Source: Chlorokybus atmophyticus
Taxonomy: Eukaryota > Plantae > Mesostigma and Chlorokybus algae
DNA length: 64,000 nt
Assembly: GCA_009103225.1 (NCBI GenBank)
Contig: RHPI01002630.1
Location: 1-64,000, forward strand
Direction of reading: 5' to 3'
The notes under the pieces were generated by a model. It made no database searches. It had not been told where the DNA came from and was given only the letters and a program-made list of their open reading frames with translations. The stretch's first letter is position 1; each line of letters opens with the position of its first letter. A program made the translations under genes and the position numbers. Positions 47,117 to 61,700 of this stretch are shown here, piece by piece.

Positions 47117-48943
47117 TGTTGAAGGACTAGCATGCACAGAGGCAGAGCTACCGCCACCAGAGCATACACAAGTCACATCACATTCATCTATTACAAGTTG
47201 TCCGCTGGTTCTTATACCAGCCAGTTACACACACGTCTACCTTTGCAAGCACTGCATAAGCTATACTCAGCCTTTTTACGCGCTCTAAGCTGTGTTGTCT
47301 TTCTTACAACCAGAGCTTTTCAACAAGCTCTTACACGCCTAATATGAGGAAGTATACGCGGAGATACGAAGCAGTTAGTAAGGCTCCAGTCTGGAGTCCG
47401 GAGTCTGGTCCGACGACGCCATCTTGCTAAGTCTGGACCTAGTGCTCGTCCTTACGACCTTCTACTCCTGTGTGGAGGGTCTGTTGAAGGTATTACATGT
47501 GGTGATGCTTGTATCCGGTCAGCTTGCCCTTCATACAGGAGTCGAGGGTCGAAGGTACCAGGAAGAAGCGCGTGGGCTCCAGACTTAGCAAGACGGTCGA
47601 GTCATGACGGACTCCGGACCAGGCTGCTTGGTAGAGCCTTGGGAGAAATCGCGTAGCTTTGTGGATACGTAAGCTTAGCAGGCGTGGCTTAGCTTGTTGA
47701 GAAGCTCTGGCTGTGAGCTAAACAGCATAGCTTACAGAACAGCAATCGGCTGAGTATAGCGCACGCGGTGCTTGCCAATGTAGACGTGTGTAGAGACTGG
47801 CGGGGTATAAAGCCCAGACTTGTTGCAATGAAGATGAGAGGTCACGATGTAGCATGTGTGCGGATGCTATGGCGGCAGTAGCAGTCATGCTCTTGTGTTG
47901 ATGTTGTTGGCGTGTCACTTGCACATGTGTATGTCAACAGGGTCGATGCTGATCGTATGTAGGAATACTCTCAACACTCCCACGCGAGCAGCTTGACCTC
48001 CAACGCTTGCTCCTGTAGTCAAACACAGATGCCAAGTCCTGCACAACAAGTCTTGAACTTGAGTGGTGACAATGGCTTTGTCATGAAGTCCGTCAGCATG
48101 CTCTCGGTGTTGCAGTACTGGAACTCCACCTCCTTGTGACTCTGTCACGCACAAAGTGATGCATGACATCAATGTGCTTCGTCCTTGCCGAGGCGATAGG
48201 GTGCTTCAACAACTTGATGGCTCCTTAGTTGTCACAGTTGATGACGATGCACGCCATGGGGTGCTCCAAGTCTGCCATGAGCTTGCGAAGCCAGAGTGCC
48301 TCCTTCACTGCTGCTGCCGCTGCCATGTACTCAGCCTCTGATGTAGATGCTGCTGTTGTTGGCTGCAGCCTGCTGTTCCAGCTCACCACGCCTCCATTCA
48401 GCTTGAAGACGTAGCCTGTAGTGGACCTCCTGCTGTTGAGGTCACCAGCAAAGTCCGAGTCGCAGTAGCCCTCCAACTCAGTGCTCCCGCTCCCAAACTT
48501 GATGCCAACTGTTGCGCTCCCAGCAACATAGCGTAGTACTCCCTTTGCTGCTCTCCAGTGCTCCATGCTCGGTGCAGACATGTAGCGAGCAAGTACTCCC
48601 ACAGCATGTGCAACATCGGGACGTGTGCACACTGCCAGATAGAGCATGCTGCCTACCAGCTCACCATATGGATACTGAGCCTTGTCGAGTACCTCCTCAT
48701 CCTTTGCCTTGATGAGGGCAGTGCCAACGGTGTGGTCTTGATCTTCGCTTCAGTGAGCCCAAACTTGGTGACGAGTCTTCTCACCATCTGCTCCTGACTA
48801 ATCTTGATTGTGCGAGCCGCCCTGTCGCGCTCAATCACCATGCCAAGGAACCACTTGGCCTCTCCAAGATCACGAACTGAGAATGCTTGCTGTAGAGCAA
48901 GTTTCGTCTCCTGCAGGTGGTGCACCTGCCTGGCGGTGATGAT
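47117..48943 (-). mobile_element. Copia family A 3' end (LTR 47117-47976, RNase H/RT) running into the N gap
   Basis: The LTR matches 29236-29659. PPT and RNase H/RT sequence are near-identical to 29660-30650. Confidence 0.92.
47482..47939 (+). mobile_element. Solo LTR (family D, related to the LTRs of element E) inserted in a family-A LTR
   Basis: TGTTGA...TCAACA, 458 bp, TSD GGGTC (47477-47481, 47940-47944). Shares terminal segments (tgttgacatacaca; gggcaagctgaccggat..aataccttcaaca) with 59732-60110. Confidence 0.9.
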
Positions 48944-49320
48944 NNNNNNNNNNNNNNNNNNNNNNNNNNNNNNNNNNNNNNNNNNNNNNNNNNNNNNNNN
49001 NNNNNNNNNNNNNNNNNNNNNNNNNNNNNNNNNNNNNNNNNNNNNNNNNNNNNNNNNNNNNNNNNNNNNNNNNNNNNNNNNNNNNNNNNNNNNNNNNNNN
49101 NNNNNNNNNNNNNNNNNNNNNNNNNNNNNNNNNNNNNNNNNNNNNNNNNNNNNNNNNNNNNNNNNNNNNNNNNNNNNNNNNNNNNNNNNNNNNNNNNNNN
49201 NNNNNNNNNNNNNNNNNNNNNNNNNNNNNNNNNNNNNNNNNNNNNNNNNNNNNNNNNNNNNNNNNNNNNNNNNNNNNNNNNNNNNNNNNNNNNNNNNNNN
49301 NNNNNNNNNNNNNNNNNNNN
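48944..49320. other. Assembly gap (377 N). A smaller 10-N gap lies at 9728-9737
   Basis: Directly visible. Confidence 1.
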
Positions 49321-52300
49321 AAACTGCGTCGCGGTGGCTGTCATATATGTCTATACCTACAACAAATGCCAGCAGATTACATGCCTCAGTCATGCGCATT
49401 TGTCAAGCATGACTGCAGTAATGGAAGCTGCTTATCCTAGCTGCGTTGAAACCATATCTTCTCAGAGATCTCCCAACTGGTTAATAATTGGCTTGAGATA
49501 AGCCTGTAGATTCTCTGGCTGTTTGGGTCCAAGGATTACAGCAGCTAGAAATGTAGTGTCTGTCTTGTGCATCTTGGCAATGGGCAGGTTCAACACTGAG
49601 ATTGTGACAACCCAAAACTCATAGTTCCCTGCAACTCAACAAACCCTTTGCTGCCATTCGTACAGTTACACTGCAACGAGCAGACAGGAAGAAAAATGCT
49701 CTTTTATACCTTTGTGCGGATCTTTGACCGGGCTCATCCCGTCGATGAACATCGCTAGGCGCACATTGCGTGGTTCTTTTGCAAACCGGCTGTAGCGTTG
49801 TTCAGTGTCCTTGAACATTGGCGAGTCTGACAGCAGCAAGTACACCAAGGGCTTACGACCAACTGCCCCAGCCCCACAACACATTCAAACATGCATACAA
49901 TCGCAAGGCTGGATACTGAGGTCTTACATACCGCCCCAGCACCTCGCCGACACACAAACAAACACAGGCAAGGACACCGAGGTCTTACATGCCGCCTCAG
50001 CGCCACGCCGACACACAAACAAACACAGGCAAGGACACCGAGGTCTTACATGCCGCCTCTGCGCCACGCACACAAAAGCACAAGGCACGGACACTGAGGG
50101 CTTGCATTGGACTGCCCTAGCCGCTCACCAACACAATCATACACAGTCGTGCCTCATTTACCACTGAACTTGGCAATGTTACCGTGTATAGATCGCTTGT
50201 TGGAAAGCTTGTTGGAAAGCTCTAGTTGTAAGGAAGACAACGCAGCTTAGAGCGCGTTAAAAGGCTGAGTATAGCTTGCGCAGTACTTGCAAACGTAGAC
50301 GTGTGTGTAACTGGCTGGTATAAGAACCAGCGGACAACTTGTAATAGATGAATGTGATGTGACTTGTGTATGCTCTGGTGGCGGTAGCTCTGTCTCTGTG
50401 TGTCTATGCTTGCCTCAACTACATGTGCATGCTAGTCCTTCAACAAGTACTTTTTGGGCATTGTCATTGACAGGGATAGGCGGTCTAAGACTGCAAAGAT
50501 CAGCCAGAAGCAGATGGTTTGCAGGCTTGTGGACAAATTTGGGCTGCAAGAGGCCAAGGTTAAGGCTACACCCTTGGCGGTAGGAGTCAGACTTGTGAAG
50601 TCTGAGAGTGAGGCAGATCTGCTGGACAAGACTCGGTACCCCTACAGCACTTTGGTTGGGAGTCTTTTGTACTTGTCAGTCAGTACTAGGCCGGACATTT
50701 CCCATGCCGTGGGAGTCTTAGCCAGGTACATGTCTGACCTACCATGGAGCACTGGAGGGCTACAAAGGCGTGCATGCGCTATGTGGCTGGGACTTCCAGT
50801 GTCGGCATTACTTTTGGTGGAGGACTAATAGGTCTGGAGGGCTATTGCGATGCAGACTACGCAGGAGACTTAGACTTCAGAAGGTCTACCACGGGCTACA
50901 CATTCTTGTTGAATGGTGGAGTCATCAGTTGGAGCAGCAAGCTACAGCCCACTGTTGCAGTGTCTACTGCAGAGGCGGAGTACATGGCTGCATGCCAGGC
51001 AGTCAAGGAGGGGCTTTGGTTGCGCAAGCTGCTTGCAGACTTGGGTCCAGACCAAACTGTCATTCCCATGCACTGCGACAACCAAGGGGCTATTCGGCTC
51101 TTGAAGCACCCCATTGTTTCAGTCATGTCTAAGCACATTAATGTCATGCATCACTTTGTGCGGGAGCGCGTGGCGCGTGGAGAGGTGGAGTTCATCTACT
51201 GCAAGACCGAAGACATGCTTGCAGACTTTATGACGAAGGCTTTAACCCCTGCCAAGTTTAAGACCTGCTGCATGGGTCTAGGCATCTACTAAGCTGCCTG
51301 CGTGGGAGTGTTGGAATTTAAGACAAGGTTTAGCCGTCCTAAGACTCTAGTCAGCTTGGTCTAGCTAAGTACTCATGAGTTTCGTACTTAGTAGACTCAG
51401 TTTCGTAAAAAACCGTCAGTCTTGACAGTTTAGACCGTTTATGACTCTTTTTGGGTCATATGCTGACTAGACCCGCCTTGTATACTATTGTGAGCTTGTA
51501 TATCGATTTCTTTGCAGTGTTGACCGTTATTGGGTATAAAGGGACGCCCACACACGTTGAACTTGGTTCACTTTGCTTGTGCTTGAGTCTGGTGGCGGCG
51601 GAAGCCTTGGCCTGGGCGTGGTCTGGACTGGTCGGGTCTGGCGTGGTCTAGTCTGATCTTTTCTGTGCAGAATATATCATAGTTTGCAGTGTTCTCTACA
51701 TGTATAGCATATGACACTTATGTGCTATTGTCCAGTCAGCTTAGCTAGCCCTATTGTAGCTTATTAAGTTAGTACTTGATAAGCTACTCATAGACTGCAG
51801 TTGTATGTATAGGCCGCATGCAGTTAGGACTGGCACAGTCTGGTCTGGTCTTTGGTAGGACCCAGACTGAGGGCCCAGAGCCAACAGGCCGCGGGTTATT
51901 AAGTTAGTTCACTCTCTGGTCAGTACCTCTGGCGGTGTAGCTTTGCTCTTACCACTGTGCTGTGTATGCTTGTTGTGCATGGTTGTATGCATCATCTCTA
52001 GTCAACAGGTTATGGGCTCACGTCTACATGTGTAGAGCTAGCTACTGTGAGAGAGTGTTCTCCTCTGTGTATGGGGTTGTTGGCGCTGATTGCTGGAGCT
52101 GAGAGGTGCAGCGGACAAGCAGGAGGACTGTGGGGTTCAGCTGTGAAGTTCAGTCAGCAGGAGAGTTAGCAGGATGGCAACCACTGGATTAGAGAAGGAG
52201 AAGTTCACCATTAAACCCTTGGGAGATAACAACTACGCCAGCTGGAGCTTTGAGATGAAGATGAAGATCATCTACAAAGAGTTGTGGGACTACGTGGACC

Positions 52301-55300
52301 CAAAGGGGAGTGCGCCAATTGGTAACGAGTCTGCATGGATGCGAAGCGTGCTTTGCGTGCTTTGGCTTTGATGAGTATGCATGTTGAGCCCTTCCATAGG
52401 CCACTGCTACATATGCAATCTGATGCCAAGCATGCATGGGAAGCTTTAGAGAATATGTTCTCTACACGCTCTGTTGGTCGTAAGATTGAGCTCAAGCAAG
52501 CGTTCAACAACATGAGGAAGCTTGCTAGTGAGACAGTCGCAGAGTATTTGGGACGTGCACAGAAGCTCATAAATGATTTGACCTCAATTGGAGATTCAAT
52601 CTCAGAGGATGATCTGTGCTTGAATGTACTGTCTGGGTTGCCACGAGAGTTCGAGATTGTTGTGATCATGTTGGAGGGTATTAGTACCACTCAGAAGTTA
52701 ACCCTTAAAGAGATTTTGTCTATGCTGTTGAAGGCAGAATCTATGATCAGGGGCAACGAGGCTGATGGAGAGTCCAGTGCGTTCGCTGCTCAAGCGCAGT
52801 CATCTGGAGGAGCTGGTACCAGCGGCAACAACAATGGCAACAAGGGTGGAGATCAGAAGAATCAGAAGAAGCCTTTCCAAGGGAAGTGCTTCCATTGCAA
52901 CCAAATTGGGCACCGAAAGAGTGATTGTTAGCAGCTGAGGTTAGCAAAGGGCAGTCAGGGTGGACAGAAAGGAGTGGGTGGAGCAGTTGCCTTCACAGCA
53001 TCCATAGAGATCAGGCGTCATCCTGGGTGGGTGTTCGATTCTGGCTGTACACAGCATTTGACTCCTGATGCTGGGCTGCTACTCAACTACAAAGTTCAAT
53101 GCAGTCCACGGAGTGTGGAGGTTCTGGGTGGACAGTTGGAGGTAGCGGGTACAGGCCAATCGGTGCTTCATTGTAAGACAGGAGAAGGTGTGTACAGGGT
53201 GGAGCTGAAGGAGGTTCTTCATGTTCCTAGTGCACAGGCTAGCCTCTTTTCCATGAAGGTCGCATTGAAGGCTGGAGCTGATTTGTCAGGCAAAGGAGCA
53301 GAAGTTTGTCTGCGCGTTGATGGCAAGGTGTGTCTTATCGCTAGAGAACAGCAGGGCGGCCTTTACCTTATAGAAGAAGCTGAGACTGACAAGGCACTGG
53401 TGGCGACAGTTCCTGAGTCAGCTGAACTTTGGCATCGAAGGTTTGGGCATCTTGGCTACGACAACCTGCATCGTTTGGTAGCAGAAGATCTGGTCAGCGG
53501 CATCAATGTGAGCAAGCTGCAGACCAAGCAGACCAAAGGAGTGTTGTGTGAGCCATGTATGTTGTCCAAGATGCATAGGCAACCTTTTCAGCAACCTGAG
53601 AGCGTCAGCGAGCATGTTGGACAGTTGGTACACACAGATGTGTGTGGTCCGTTACCAGAGCCATTGAAAGGGGGAGCATCTTACATTGTCACCTTCCTTG
53701 ATGACTTCTCCAAGCTGTCATTGGTGCGTCATATGAAGCTCAAGTCATATGTACCAACTGTGGTGAAAGAGGTGGCGCTGTGGTTGAAAAATGTGTCTGG
53801 CAAATCTGTGAAGACAGTGGGAAGTGACAGAGGAGGGGAGTACCTAAACAAAGAGCTGTCTGCATTCTGGTCTTTGCAAGGCATTGTGCATCAGACAACA
53901 GCCCCGTACACTCCGCAGCAGAGCGGCTGAATCTGACTTTGATGGAAAGGGTGAGAGCCATGCTGAGTGATGCAAAGTTGGAGTATTGCTGGTGGGCAGA
54001 GGCGGTCTTGACAGCCAACTACATTAGAAATAGATCGCCAGTGCGCTCAAGCAAAAACTCCGTGGGAGCTGTTCTTCACGAAAGCTCCTGATGTCAGCAA
54101 CATGCGAGTGTTTGGCTGCACTACATATGTGTTATGTGTTGATACCAAAACAGAAAAGGAAGAAGCTGGAGCTAGTGAGCAAGAAAGGCCCATTCCTTGG
54201 CTATGAGCCTGACTCCAAGGCTTATAGAGTTTTGCTGGAGGATACTCAAAAGATTGTGATCAGCAGAGAAGTTGTCTTTCATAAAGCCGTGGGAGCTCAG
54301 CAACTGCAGGAGATCAGTGACAGTGACTCTTCAGGTGAAGATGTCAGATCTGATGATGATCAGCAACAGCCTGAGTCCAGCACTGCAACCACTGCTCCTT
54401 ATTTGGTGGACAGTAATTCTGATGGAGAAAGGGAGCTCAGCCCTAAGAAAGTGAGCAGAGCTGCAAGCAGATATGACAGGAGTCATCGAAAGCAGCAAAA
54501 CCAACAGCAAGGTAGGGGGCATTATCCTGGGCGCGACAGGAAGGGTCCTGTTCATTTTCACAAGGAGTTTGGCTATATGGCGGGCTCAGATTCACAGAGT
54601 GTGGAGCCAGCGACATATGAAGAAGCACTCCTGCGGACTAATGCAAAAAGTTGGCGTCAGGCAATGGATTGCTCAAAAAATGAAGAGATAGCCTCGTTGC
54701 ATGCCAATGCAACACGGGAACTTGAAGTTCCACCTGCAGGGTCAAGCCTATTCGTGTCAAGTGGGTGTTCGAGGTGAAGAGGGACGGCAATGGCAACATT
54801 GAAAGGTACAAAGCCAGGTCGGTTGCCAAGGGGTTTTTGCAGCAAGAAGGAGTGGACTTCAATGAGGTGTTTGCACCTGCGGGGAAGTTGGCAACCTTCA
54901 GAGCTATGGTGGCAGTTGTGTCAGCAGACAACCTGGAGCTCCATCACTTGGATGACAAGACAGTGTTTCTGTATGGGGAGCTGGAGGAGAGAATCTACAT
55001 TCAGCAACCAAGAGGGTATCAGAAGGGGCCACCTGGTACAGCATGCAGATTGGTGAAGGCGTTATATGGCTTGAAGCAGGCACCACGGGTGTGGCATGCA
55101 AGACTGTGCAAGGAGCTCCGGAAGCAGGGGTTTACAGCAAGTCTAGCAGATCCAAGCTTGTTCTACCACGAGAGCAAGCAAGTGTGGCTATTGGTGTACG
55201 TGGACAACATTCTGATTGCAGCGTCAGGATTGTTAGGGGTGCAGCGAGTGAAGACTCAGCTGCAGGCTGTGTTCGAATGCAGAGACTTGGGCGAGACAGC

Positions 55301-58300
55301 ATACTTCTTGAGTATGGTTGTCATCAGAGACAGAGCTGCTGGAACCATCACCATTGCGCAAGAGCAAGCGGTGAGGCAGTTGGTGACAAAGTGTGGTCTC
55401 GACAATGCGAATGTCAGAGAGGTGCCACTGAGCGTGGGAGTTCAGTTGGTAAGAGCACTGGACAGTGACGAAGAGCTGGATAAGGCAAAGTATCCCTACT
55501 GTGAGCTTGTAAGGAGCCTTCTTTATCTGTCCATAGCTTCTCGGCCCGACATTGCGCACGCTGTGGGACAGTTGGCGAGGTACATGTCTGCTCCAACAAT
55601 GCAGCATTGGTTGGCAGGAAAAGGTGTGTTACGCTACTTGTCAAGGACAGCAACAATTGGCATCCAGTATGGGCTGGGCAACCAGGAGTTGCAAGGCTAC
55701 TGTAATGCAGATTATGCTGGTGACTTGGATACCAGAAGGTCTACCACTGGATATGTCTTCAAGCTAAATGGTGGAGTGGTTAGTTGGAACAGCAAGCTGC
55801 AACCAACAGTGGCAGCTTCCACTACAGAAGCAGAGTACATGGCCTCTGCAGCAGCGGCGAAGGAGGCATTGTGGCTTAGGTAACTGCTATAAGACCTTGG
55901 TCATCCATGTGGAAGCGTGGAGATGCGCTGTGACAACCAAGGAGCAGTCAAGCTACTGAAGAATCCCATACCCTCAGCGAGGAGCAAGCACATTGATGTG
56001 CAACATCACTTTGTGAGAGACAGAGTGGCGAGGAATGAGATTGAGTTTGTCTTCTGTGGCACTGAGGAGATGCTGGCTGACTTCATGACGAAGGGACTGC
56101 CTGTGAAGAAGTTCAAGGCATATTGTGAAGGACTGGGCATCAGGGCAGTGAAGATGAAGACAATAAAAACCGAGTTCTGAGGGTTCAGAGCTGGCCAAGC
56201 TGCCTGATGGAGTGTAGAGAATATAGCATGGTTTGCAGTGTTTGCCTACATGTATAGCATATGACACTTATGTGCTATTGTCCAGTCAGCTTAGCTAGCC
56301 CTATTGTAGCTTATTAAGTTGCTACTTGACAAGCTACTCATAGACTGCAGTTGTATGTATAGGCTGCAGGCAGTTATGACTGGTACAGTCTGGTCTGGTC
56401 TTTGGTAGGACCCAGACTGAGGGCCAGAGCCGACAGGCCGCGGGTAATTGAGTTAATTCACTCTTTGGTCAGTATCTTTGGCGGTGTAGCTCTGCTCTTA
56501 CCACTGTGCTGTGTATGCTTAAGCAACCATGCGCAACAAGCTTGTTGTGCATGGTTGCATGCAGCATCTCTAGCCAACATTTTCTGCTTGCATAGACGGT
56601 TTGAGGGTGTTGTGTTGTGTGTCTACGCCTAGGAAGCTTGCATCTCAACATTCCACACAGAGCCCTGACTTGTTACCTTTGTTTGCAGGAGAAAATGGCC
56701 GCCATCTACACCATGACTGTCGAGGCGCACCAAGCTCATACACTTGGCCTGGCTGCCATAGAGAAAGCTCTTACCCGGCAGGTTGTATCGTTTGAACTGC
56801 AGCAGGAGGAAAGGGAAAAGCATTGGGAGAAGAAGATAACAGGTATTCCTTTAAACATGCTAGAAGAAGTTCCTCTCCAAGGAGATGCAAGACGCGCTGC
56901 GTGTCATTGTCAATGAGCACATTGTTGAAGGACTAGCATGCACAGAGACAGAGCTACCGCCACCAGAGCATACACAAGTCACATCACATTCATCTATTAC
57001 AAGTTGTCCGCTGGTTCTTATACCAGCCAGTTACACACACGTCTACCTTTGCAAGCACTGCATAAGCTATACTCAGCCTTTTTACGCGCTCTAAGCTGTG
57101 TTGTCTTTCTTACAACCAGAGCTTTTCAACAAGCTCTTACACGCCTAATATGAGGAAGTATACGCGGAGATACGAAGCAGTTAGTAAGGCTCCAGTCTGG
57201 AGTCCGGAGTCTGGTCCGACGACGCCATCTTGCTAAGTCTGGACCTAGTGCTCGTCCTTACGACCTTCTACTCCTGTGTGGAGGGTCTGTTGAAGGTATT
57301 ACATGTGGTGATGCTTGTATCCGGTCAGCTTGCCCTTCATACAGGAGTCGAGGGTCGAAGGTACCAGGAAGAAGCGCGTGGGCTCCAGACTTAGCAAGAC
57401 GGTCGAGTCATGACGGACTCCGGACCAGGCTGCTTGGTAGAGCCTTGGGAGAAATCGCGTAGCTTTGTGGATACGTAAGCTTAGCAGGCGTGGCTTAGCT
57501 TGTTGAGAAGCTCTGGCTGTGAGCTAAACAGCATAGCTTACAGAACAGCAATCGGCTGAGTATAGCGCACGCGGTGCTTGCCAATGTAGACGTGTGTAGA
57601 GACTGGCGGGGTATAAAGCCCAGACTTGTTGCAATGAAGATGAGAGGTCACGATGTAGCATGTGTGCGGATGCTATGGCGGCAGTAGCAGTCATGCTCTT
57701 GTGTTGATGTTGTTGGCGTGTCACTTGCACATGTGTATGTCAACAGGGTCGATGCTGATCGTATGTAGGAATGACTCTCAACACTCCCACGCGAGCAGCT
57801 TGACCTCCAACGCTTGCTCCTGTAGTCAAACACAGATGCCGAAGTCTGCGCAACAAGTCTTGAACTTGAGCGGTGACAATGGCTTTGTTATGAAGTCCGT
57901 CAGCATGCTCTCGGTGTTGCAGTACTGGAACTCCACCTCCTTGTGACTCTGTCACGCACAAAGTGATGCATGACATCAATGTGCTTCGTCCTTGCCGAGG
58001 CGATAGGGTGCTTCAACAACTTGATGGCTCCTTAGTTGTCACAGTTGATGACGATGCACGCCATGGGGTGCTCCAAGTCTGCCATGAGCTTGCGAAGCCA
58101 GAGTGCCTCCTTCACTGCTGCTGCCGCTGCCATGTACTCAGCCTCTGATGTAGATGCTGCTGTTGTTGGCTGCAGCCTGCTATTCCAGCTCACCACGCCT
58201 CCGTTCAGCTTGAAGACGTAGCCTGTAGTGGACCTCCTGCTGTTGAGGTCACCAGCAAAGTCCGAGTCGCAGTAGCCCTCCAACTCAGTGCTCCCGCTCC

Positions 58301-58759
58301 CAAACTTGATGCCAACTGTTGCGCTCCCAGCAACATAGCGCAGTACTCCCTTTGCTGCTCTCCAGTGCTCCATGCTCGGTGCAGACACATGTAGCGAGCA
58401 AGTACTCCCACAGCATGTGCAACATCGGGACGTGTGCACACTGCCAGATAGAGCATGCTGCCTACCAGCTCACCATATGGATACTGAGCCTTGTCGAGTA
58501 CCTCCTCATCCTTTGCCTTGATGAGGGCAGTGCCAAGTGCCAACGGTGTGGTCTTGGTCTTCGCTTCAGTGAGCCCAAACTTGGTGACGAGTCTTCTCAC
58601 CATCTGCTCCTGACTAATCTTCATTGTGCGTGCAGCCCTGTCGCGCTCAATCACCATGCCAAGAAACCACTTGGCCTCTCCAAGATCACGAACTGAAAAT
58701 GCTTGCTGCAGAGCAAGTTTCGTCTCCTGCACGTGGTGCACCTGCCTGGCGGTGATGAT
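49321..58759 (+). repeat. Near-identical direct duplicate of 39513-48943 (offset 9806-9808)
   Basis: Same ORFs at a constant offset (e.g. 42368/52174, 44959/54765). Same nested junctions and TSDs (copia-B 51664-56579, solo LTR 57288-57745). Confidence 0.97.
51664..56579 (+). mobile_element. Duplicate copy of the copia-B element
   Basis: Same LTRs, TSD TTTTC and frameshifts as 41858-46773. Confidence 0.92.
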
Positions 58760-61700
58760 GATATCATCGACATACACGAGCAGCCAGACCTTGTTGTTTG
58801 CATGGATGAAGAGCCCAGGGTCTGCAGAGGATGCGATGAAGCCAAGTGCCTCCAGCTCCTTGAGCTTGAGGCACTTGTGAGCTTGATGTGCCACATACGC
58901 GGTGCCTGTCGCAGCCCGTTCAGTGCCTTGATCAGCTTGCACGCTGTGCCTCTCTCTTCTTCTTCATATCCAGGTGGTTGCTCGATGAAGATCTCCTCCT
59001 CCAGCTCTCCGTAGAGGAAGGCAGTCTTCACATCCAGGTGATGCAGATCTAAGTCTTCAGCAGCAACCATAGCTAGCAGTGCACGGAACGTGGTATGCTT
59101 ACTTGCAGGTGCAAACACTTCGTTGAAGTCCACACCTTCCTGCTGCAAGAAGCCCTTTGCCACCAGTCTTGCCTTGTAGCGCTCAATGTTGCCCTGACCA
59201 TCACGCTTCACCTTGAAGACCCATTTCACTAGAATGGTCTTCACTCCGTGCGGTAATTGCTCCAGTGACCGAGTGTTGTTGGCATGGAGTGACGCAATCT
59301 CCTCGTCCATAGCACGCTGCCCTTGCTCCACATCTGGTGCTAACAATGCCTCCTCGTAGGTGCTTGGCTCCTCATTCTGCACACTGGCGTCGTGTGCCTT
59401 GTGTAGGAAGTCAGGTGCCTTTCTCTCCCTCACTGGGTATCTCCGAGCTGCGTGCTCCTGCTGCAGGTGCGACTGCTTGTCTGCTACAGTAGAGTCCTGC
59501 TCACCCTTATCGTCGATGATGGCCTTGCCTGTAGCCTCCACTGTTTCAGGATGCTCCAGCTGTGCTTCATCCTCAGGAAAGAAGCCTGCTTCGGGTTGTA
59601 AAAATCCCTCGTGGAAAACCACCTCTCTGCTTACAATGATCTTCTGAGTGTCCTCGAGCAAGATCCTGTAAGCCTTGGAACCCGGTTCATAGCCAACGAA
59701 GATGCCCTTCTTGCTGACCGGCTCCAGCTTGTGTTGACATACACACGTTGACAAGCACATGCACATGGGTGACATGCTACATCACACACTACAGCTTATA
59801 TTAAGGAAACAAGTCCGCGGGTCTTATACCCGCCAGATTCTGCACCAGATACACACACTGCTGGTCTACAAGCCACACCGTACGACTTACTCAACCGAAT
59901 CCTGTGCTGTAAGTTGCACCATGTAGCTAACTTCAAGATCTATCCAACAAGCTACTCCACGTGTCATTCGGCTTCGTATCCATCAAAATCCAACGGTTCT
60001 TGTAAGGCCTTGCTTTGCAGTCTGCTCGAACTCAGTCCGGAGTCATCGAGGTCCTCTTGTGTATTCCTTTGCAGAGGGCAAGCTGACCGGATGTAGGAAT
60101 ACCTTCAACACTCCCACGCGGGCAGCTTGGCCTTCATCACTTGCTCCTTTGTCACTCACGCATGGTGAACTCCCACGCGCTCCTTACTTCTCTTTTTGGC
60201 GATCATGTAAGCCCGACTCTTGAGCTCCTCTTGCTCCAGCTCCTCCACGCTTTCTATCAGTGCTTGAAACCTGTTCGCCTTAAAGTCGTTGTTGCCTTCA
60301 GCTGCAAGCTTCATCTCCAGCTTGCCTGTCTTCACTTGTACTTGCTGCGCATGCTCGTTACCGCCTTTTACTCGCTGCACCTGTCTTCCCTCGACAGAAC
60401 CTTGGCCTTCAGTGCTAACCTTGACTTCATTCTTCACCACCTTTGGCACCTTGCTCTCAAGCACTTGCTTGTAGCTTCTTGCAGCTCCCACGGGCTCTGA
60501 GCTTTCCTTTACAACAATCTTCTATGTCTTGTTGCTATGACCTTGTGGTTTCTTCTCAACCACCCCTTGCCATTGCAGCAACCGCCTTGCGCTCAATGTC
60601 CTCCTCCACGTAGTAGAGTCCACCCTTGTTGATGCCGACCAACTGTGTAACACCCCCAAGCACTATCCTAGCCTTGTGCATGTCAAACACAACACTCGCA
60701 CCAACCCTCGTGGCTACACGCACCGAAAACAGATTCGCGGATGCACCTGACACATGCAGTACATCCCTCAGCACAACCTTCCTCACTTCAGTCCCAACCT
60801 TGCACCTAAGATTGACGTCCCCCTTTGCAACCGCTTGCAACATCGTCTTGTTGCCGAAGTCCACCGTGACAGGCTTTGACAGAGGAGTGTAATTGACGAG
60901 CTTGCTCTTGTCGCTTGCGAGATGCCTCGAAGCTCCCGAATCCAGCACCCACCCAGGATACTCTGCTCCTTCTTCCGTTGCATGAAATGCAATCGCTCTC
61001 CCTCTTCCCTCTTCACTTGACTTCTTCAACTTGGGACACTTGTACTTGAAGTGACCACGCTCCCCGCAGTTCCAACACTCTCTGTTGCTGCCTTGAGCGC
61101 CCTTCTTCACATACTTCGAAGCCGCAAACGCCACACCTGAAGGCAATGCTCCATGCTCTGCTTCATCATCCTTCTTCAAGCGTTGCTCTTCTTAAAGAAG
61201 TCTTGGCGTCACCCCATCCAGCGACAACTCTTCCGTTGTCGACTCCAAAATTGTGACAACCACTCGATACTCTGTGGGCAAACCCGAGAGCACAGCCCAC
61301 ACCACCTCAACTTGTTTGAGCTCATGGCCAACGCCCAACAAGTCTTTCCATAACGCTTTCGCTCGCGCTACAAACTTGCTAATTGGCTCCCCGCTCATCT
61401 TTCACAACGAGTTGAGTTCTTCTCTTAGCTGTAGCCTTCTTGCCATGTTGCACGACTTGAAGTGGCTCTCCAACTTCAAACACAGCTCATTCGCGGTGCT
61501 GCATTCTTTCACCATCATCAGATGATGCTCCGCAACATTCAAGCCTATCAAGGCCAATGCCTTCCTTCCTTGTGTCGCCCAAATACTTCCTTGCCCTGCA
61601 GGCACTTCTTCTTTGGGGTCGACATATTTCCACAAGTCTTTGTGAACCAGTAGCAACTCCATCTTCACACTCCACGTGCTATAGTTGTCAACTTCAAGTG

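Noticed and set aside
48653-49501. Long ORFs spanning 48.6-49.5 kb
   Set aside because: Artefacts of translating through the 377-N gap.
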